NCBI GenBank assembly: GCA_016184305.1
Contig: JACPCX010000112.1
Location: 1-40,869 of the forward strand
Reading direction: 5' to 3'
DNA length: 40,869 bases
DNA from: Candidatus Rokuibacteriota bacterium
GTDB lineage: Bacteria > Methylomirabilota > Methylomirabilia > Rokubacteriales > CSP1-6
Position numbers and translations under genes: made by a program. The notes beneath the pieces were generated by a model. That model did not search any database. It was not told where the DNA came from and was given only the letters and a program-made list of their open reading frames with translations. Shown here in pieces: positions 36,874 to 40,869 of the stretch (position 1 is the stretch's first letter; the number at the start of each line of letters is the position of its first letter).

Positions 36874-38073
36874 CTACGCGCCGCGTTCCGAGCCGACGAT
36901 GCCGACGAAGGACACGCACTCGCCGGGGGCGCCGCCGAGGTTGTGGGTCATCGCGAGCGTGCGGCCGCGGGCGACGCTCGGGATCTGGCGCGGGCCGGCC
37001 TCCCCGCGGAGCTGGAGCCAGGCCTCGAAGAGCATGCGCAGGCCGGAGGCGCCGATGGGATGGCCGAAGGACTTGAGCCCGCCGTCGGGGTTCACGGCCA
37101 GCTCGCCGTCGAGGTCGAAGGTGCCGGCGAGCACTTCCTTCCAGGCGGTCCCGCGCGGCGCGAAGCCGAGATCCTCCATGAGGATCAGCTCGGTGGGCGT
37201 GAAGCAGTCGTGGACCTCGGCCATGGCCAGCTCGGCGCGCGGGTCCTTGACGCCCGCCTGGCTGTAGGCGTCGGCGGCGGAGGCCACCACCTCGGGGAAG
37301 GTCGTGTAGTCGTAATCGGGATCGATGGGTCCGGCGGCGGGGCCCGCGATGAAGGACAGCGCCTTCACGAAGAGGGGTGTGTCGGTGTACTGGTGGGCAT
37401 CCTCGGCCCGGACGATGACCGCGGCCGCCGAGCCGTCGCTCACGCCCGAGCAGTCGAAGATGCCCAGCGGCCCCGCGACCAGGGGCGAACAGGCGATGAC
37501 CTCCCTGGCGACCTCTTTCCTGAACTGGGCCCGCGGGTTGAGCGCGCCGTTCTTGTGGTTCTTCCAGGCGATGCGGGTCATCACGTCCTTGAGCAGCCCC
37601 GCGTCGAGGCCGTACTTCTTGCAGTAGGCCGGCGCGAGCAGGCTGAACATGGCCGGGGCGGTGATGGCGGCCTGGGTGCCGTCGGCGGGCGCGGCGAGCC
37701 CGGGCAGCCCGGAGAAGCCCGAGTCCTTCAGCTTCTCGACGCCGATGGCCATGGCCATGTCATAGGCGCCCGAGGCCACGGCGTAGCAGGCGTTGCGGAA
37801 GGCCTCGGAGCCGGTGGCGCAGAAGTTCTCGACGCGGCTCACCGGCTTGTAGTCGATCTTGAGCGGACGGGAGAGCGTGAGCCCGCTCTGGCCGGAGAAC
37901 AGGGTGCCGAGCCAGAAGGCGTCGACGGCGTCGATGGGGACCCCGGCCGAGTTGAGCGCCTCCGTGGCGGCATCCACCAGGAGATCGTCCACGCTCTTGT
38001 CCCAGTGCTCGCCGAAGGGCGTGCAGCCCATGCCGATGATCGCCACGCGGTCGCGGATGCCGTTGCTCGCCAT
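36874..38073 (-). CDS. Thiolase, archaeal/SCP2-like type (acetyl-CoA acyltransferase)
   Basis: ATG at 38073. VENFCATGS, SDGSAA, AEVHDCFT, NPDGGLKSFGHPIGASG, HNLGG. Confidence 0.93.
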   Translation of the reverse strand: MASNGIRDRVAIIGMGCTPFGEHWDKSVDDLLVDAATEALNSAGVPIDAVDAFWLGTLFSGQSGLTLSRPLKIDYKPVSRVENFCATGSEAFRNACYAVASGAYDMAMAIGVEKLKDSGFSGLPGLAAPADGTQAAITAPAMFSLLAPAYCKKYGLDAGLLKDVMTRIAWKNHKNGALNPRAQFRKEVAREVIACSPLVAGPLGIFDCSGVSDGSAAAVIVRAEDAHQYTDTPLFVKALSFIAGPAAGPIDPDYDYTTFPEVVASAADAYSQAGVKDPRAELAMAEVHDCFTPTELILMEDLGFAPRGTAWKEVLAGTFDLDGELAVNPDGGLKSFGHPIGASGLRMLFEAWLQLRGEAGPRQIPSVARGRTLAMTHNLGGAPGECVSFVGIVGSERGA

Positions 38074-38166
38074 GGTCAGAGCTCCTTCACCTGGGGCGGG
38101 CACCCGGGCTGTCGCCACGCCCGCCCCCGCCGGATATTCGCGTTGCTTGATTCTCTTCGCGCGGTC

Positions 38167-39585
38167 TCAGCTGCTGCTGGCGCGGAGAGGACGCGCCTTC
38201 CAGAAGTAGTTGTGGACGCCGCCGGCCGTGAAGAGCCGCCGGAACGTCATCTCCACGCGGGTGCCGATGGCGACCGCGGCCGGGTCCACGTCGGTGAGCT
38301 CGCACTGGAAGCGCCCCCCGCCCTCGAAGTCGATCACCGCGGCGACGACGGGCGGCGAGAGCGAGTAGGCCAGCCGGTCCACCGTGAACGTCGCGATCAC
38401 GGCCGGGACGTCGCTGAGCCGCTCGGGCGCCATCCTGTCCACGGCGTGGCACTTGAGGCAGACGCGCTGGGGCGGGACGTGCCGGGCGCCGCAGGCCTGG
38501 CAGCGGCTGCCCGTGAACGCGAACTTCCACGCCTCTCGACGGAAGGCCGGCGGTGCCGCGGGGCGCTCGGGGTCGGGCCGTCGCGGAGGCTCGCGGTCGA
38601 GGAAGCCGCGCCAGGTGAGGAAGGCCGCGTAGGGGACGCTGGCGCCGCCGGCGATCTGCCGGGCCACCGTCCCGTTCGCGCGCGGCGAGGCACAGGCGGC
38701 GGAGGTCCGCCAGATCGTCACGTCGCAGCCGTCGGCCAGCGAGACGACCGCGATCAGTTGATCCGGCGCCGCCCGATCGAGGGTATCCGCGAGGAGCAGC
38801 CCCGCATGCGCCGTCCCGGTATTGCCGATCACCGCGCCGAGGTCGTCAGCCACCGCCGCGGGCGGGGCACCCACCGATGCGGCGACCCGCTTGCAGGCTC
38901 GGGCATGGGGCCCGGCGACGATGAGCCGGTCGAGCGCCTGGGCCGTGATACCGGCCTGCTTCAGCGCCGCGGTCACGGCGGCCTCGCCCAGCGGCGCATA
39001 GGCGTGCTCGCCGAAGCGCTCCTCCCACTGGCGGGAGGTCGCCGCGCCCGGTTGCCGCCAGCGATCGAGGAACTCGGCGGTCGAGTGGGCCCAGGCGATG
39101 GGCTCGGCCAGCACAGGCGCCTCGGCGCTGTCCTCGGCGCAGAGGAAGGCCACCGCAGCGTCTCCACCCTCGCGCTCGTCGGCGCCCCCGGGAAGCCCCG
39201 TGCGGATGTCGGAGAGCACCGCGAGCGTCGGCCGGCCGGCATCCACCGCCGCGCGCAGGGCGCCGGTGCCCGAGCGCACCGAGCCCAGCATGTCGAAGGC
39301 GGCGGTCGCCGGATCGAGGTCGAGCGCCGCGTGGATGGCGGTGGCATTGGTCTTGTCGAGATAGCCCGGGGCGGCGGTGGCGAAGTAGAGCGCCGCCGGC
39401 CGCGGCGCGGGTGCTCCCCGGAGCGCCTCGCGAGCTGCCTCCACGCCCATGGAGGTCGTGTCCTCGTCATAGGAGGCGACGGCGCGGGTGCCCTTGCCGG
39501 CGGGCTGGCCGAGCGCGGCGGCGATGGCCTTCCGGTCGAGGCGGAAGTACGGGATATAGGCGCCGTAGGCGACGATGCCCTTCAT
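38167..39585 (-). CDS. HMG-CoA-synthase-like domain fused to DUF35 (Zn-ribbon/OB-fold)
   Basis: GIVAYGAYIPYFRL, DEDTTSMGVEAA, GGDAAVA, IGNTGTA; C-terminal CQAC..PP..CLKC and VEMTFRRL...NYFWKARP. Confidence 0.9.
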   Translation of the reverse strand: MKGIVAYGAYIPYFRLDRKAIAAALGQPAGKGTRAVASYDEDTTSMGVEAAREALRGAPAPRPAALYFATAAPGYLDKTNATAIHAALDLDPATAAFDMLGSVRSGTGALRAAVDAGRPTLAVLSDIRTGLPGGADEREGGDAAVAFLCAEDSAEAPVLAEPIAWAHSTAEFLDRWRQPGAATSRQWEERFGEHAYAPLGEAAVTAALKQAGITAQALDRLIVAGPHARACKRVAASVGAPPAAVADDLGAVIGNTGTAHAGLLLADTLDRAAPDQLIAVVSLADGCDVTIWRTSAACASPRANGTVARQIAGGASVPYAAFLTWRGFLDREPPRRPDPERPAAPPAFRREAWKFAFTGSRCQACGARHVPPQRVCLKCHAVDRMAPERLSDVPAVIATFTVDRLAYSLSPPVVAAVIDFEGGGRFQCELTDVDPAAVAIGTRVEMTFRRLFTAGGVHNYFWKARPLRASSS

Positions 39586-39631
39586 GACACCGCCACGTTA
39601 GCAGGGGACGCCGGGAGCAGTCAAACGGCCT

Positions 39632-40045
39632 TCACGACGGCCGCTTGACCCGGTCCGCCGGGATCACGGCGACGGCGTCGATCTCGATGAGGTACTCGGG
39701 CTTGACCAGGCGCTTGACCTCCACCAGCGTGCTGGCGGGGTAGGGCCGCCGGAAGTACTGGGCGCGGACCTCGTGGATCTGCGCGAGCCCGCTCATGTCC
39801 GTGACGTAGACGGTGACCCGCGCCACGTCGTCCATGGTCCCTCCGGCGCCGGCGAGGACCGTGCGGATATTCTCGAGGACCTGCCGGGTCTGCGCGCGGA
39901 TGTCGCCCTTGCCCATGACGGCGCCGGTGGCGTCCTGGGCGACCTGGCCGGAGACGTGCAGCACCTTGCCCTCGGGCTGCCAGGCGGCGCTGGAGAAGAT
40001 GCCGAAGGGCTTTACCGTACCGGGCGCGTCGAAAGCGTCTGCCAT
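39632..40045 (-). CDS. RidA/YjgF-family protein
   Basis: HVSGQVA, QTRQVLENI, PYPASTLVEV..L..PEYLIEIDAVA. Confidence 0.92.
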   Translation of the reverse strand: MADAFDAPGTVKPFGIFSSAAWQPEGKVLHVSGQVAQDATGAVMGKGDIRAQTRQVLENIRTVLAGAGGTMDDVARVTVYVTDMSGLAQIHEVRAQYFRRPYPASTLVEVKRLVKPEYLIEIDAVAVIPADRVKRPS

Positions 40046-40197
40046 GGTCCCCTCCTGGGTTGGGTATTGTCGCGGCCCCGATCATAGCGCAGCCCCGCTC
40101 GTCCTTGACGCTCCGGCTCCGCCGGGATAGGCTCCCGGTGGCGCCGATGCTCCGGCGCCGATCCCAGCGCGCCGGGCGCTCGCCCGGGGAGGAGCCC

Positions 40198-40869
40198 ATG
40201 GCAGACGAGGTCCACTGTTCCGTCCAGGATCGCATCGCGACCGTCACCCTCGACCGCCCGGCCAAGCGCAATGCGCTGAACATGGCCCTGGTCGAGGGAC
40301 TCTCCGCCATCTTCGGGCGGCTCGAGCAGGACCCGGACGTGCGGGTCGTTGTCGTCCGCGGCGCGGGCACGGTCTTCTGCGCCGGCATGGACCTGCGGGA
40401 GCTGGGCACGCGGCTGGGCGAGGCCAAGGATCCGGAGCGCCGCGTGACCGAGGTCTTCCAGGAGATCGAGCGGAGCCGGCACCCCACGATCGCCATGGTC
40501 CAGGGCGACGCCTTCGCGGGCGGCTGCGAGCTGGCGCTGCACTGCGATCTGCGCGTGGCGGCGGCGGCGGCGCGCTTCGCCATGCCGCTGGCGCGGCTCG
40601 GGCTCGTCGTGCCCTTCCCGCTGGGCCAGAAGCTGGTGGAGGTGGTAGGGCCGGCCTTCACGCGGGAGATCCTGTTGATGGGCGAGCCCGTGGGCGCGCA
40701 GCGGGCCTGGGAGATAGGCATGGTCCACCGGGTCGTCCGCGCCGAGAAGCTCCACGGGGCCGTCTACGCCATGGCGCGAAGCATTGCCGACCACGCGCCG
40801 CTGTCGTTGCAGGCGCTCAAGGCCACGATCCTGCGTGCCGTGGACGCAGGCTCGCGCATCGAGCACGGA
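40198..40869 (+). CDS. Enoyl-CoA hydratase/isomerase (crotonase) family, 3' partial
   Basis: ATG at 40198 after GGAGGAG. TVTLDRPAKRNAL, FCAGMDL, PTIAMVQG.AFAGGCELALHCDLR; runs off the window end. Confidence 0.93.
   Translation, partial: MADEVHCSVQDRIATVTLDRPAKRNALNMALVEGLSAIFGRLEQDPDVRVVVVRGAGTVFCAGMDLRELGTRLGEAKDPERRVTEVFQEIERSRHPTIAMVQGDAFAGGCELALHCDLRVAAAAARFAMPLARLGLVVPFPLGQKLVEVVGPAFTREILLMGEPVGAQRAWEIGMVHRVVRAEKLHGAVYAMARSIADHAPLSLQALKATILRAVDAGSRIEHG

Overview
GC-rich bacterial DNA; the gene content and style (several Liv-type ABC operons, a long-leader ABC_sub_bind protein) suggest Ca. Rokubacteria/Methylomirabilota, which is an inference only. In order, the window holds: the end of a xanthine/CO-dehydrogenase-type L-S-G cluster; a frameshifted, chimeric isoaspartyl dipeptidase; a 135-bp MITE and gene debris; an RND pump pair; greA; a stand-alone DGQHR (DndB-like) gene; a yybP-ykoY riboswitch controlling a UPF0016 transporter; and a Liv ABC operon with two embedded amidohydrolase-type genes. 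It continues with an integron-cassette-like remnant (attC-like sites around a BrnT/BrnA-type toxin-antitoxin pair) and an ISL3 relic; a MaoC-CitE pair; a second Liv operon interrupted by a GT-C-like membrane protein and a methyltransferase; an orphan hexaheme ActA-like cytochrome; IS256 and rhodanese relics; an ATPase-less Dpp catabolic block; an HMGS-DUF35 fusion with a thiolase; RidA; and a partial crotonase. The best candidates for something new are the orphan DGQHR gene (near-consensus promoter, DnaA-box-like and tandem NrdR-box-like motifs), the pseudo-HMGS-DUF35/thiolase pair, the attC-flanked toxin-antitoxin cassette, and the Liv operon carrying a GT-C/methyltransferase pair. All calls come from reading motifs by eye; no searches were run.
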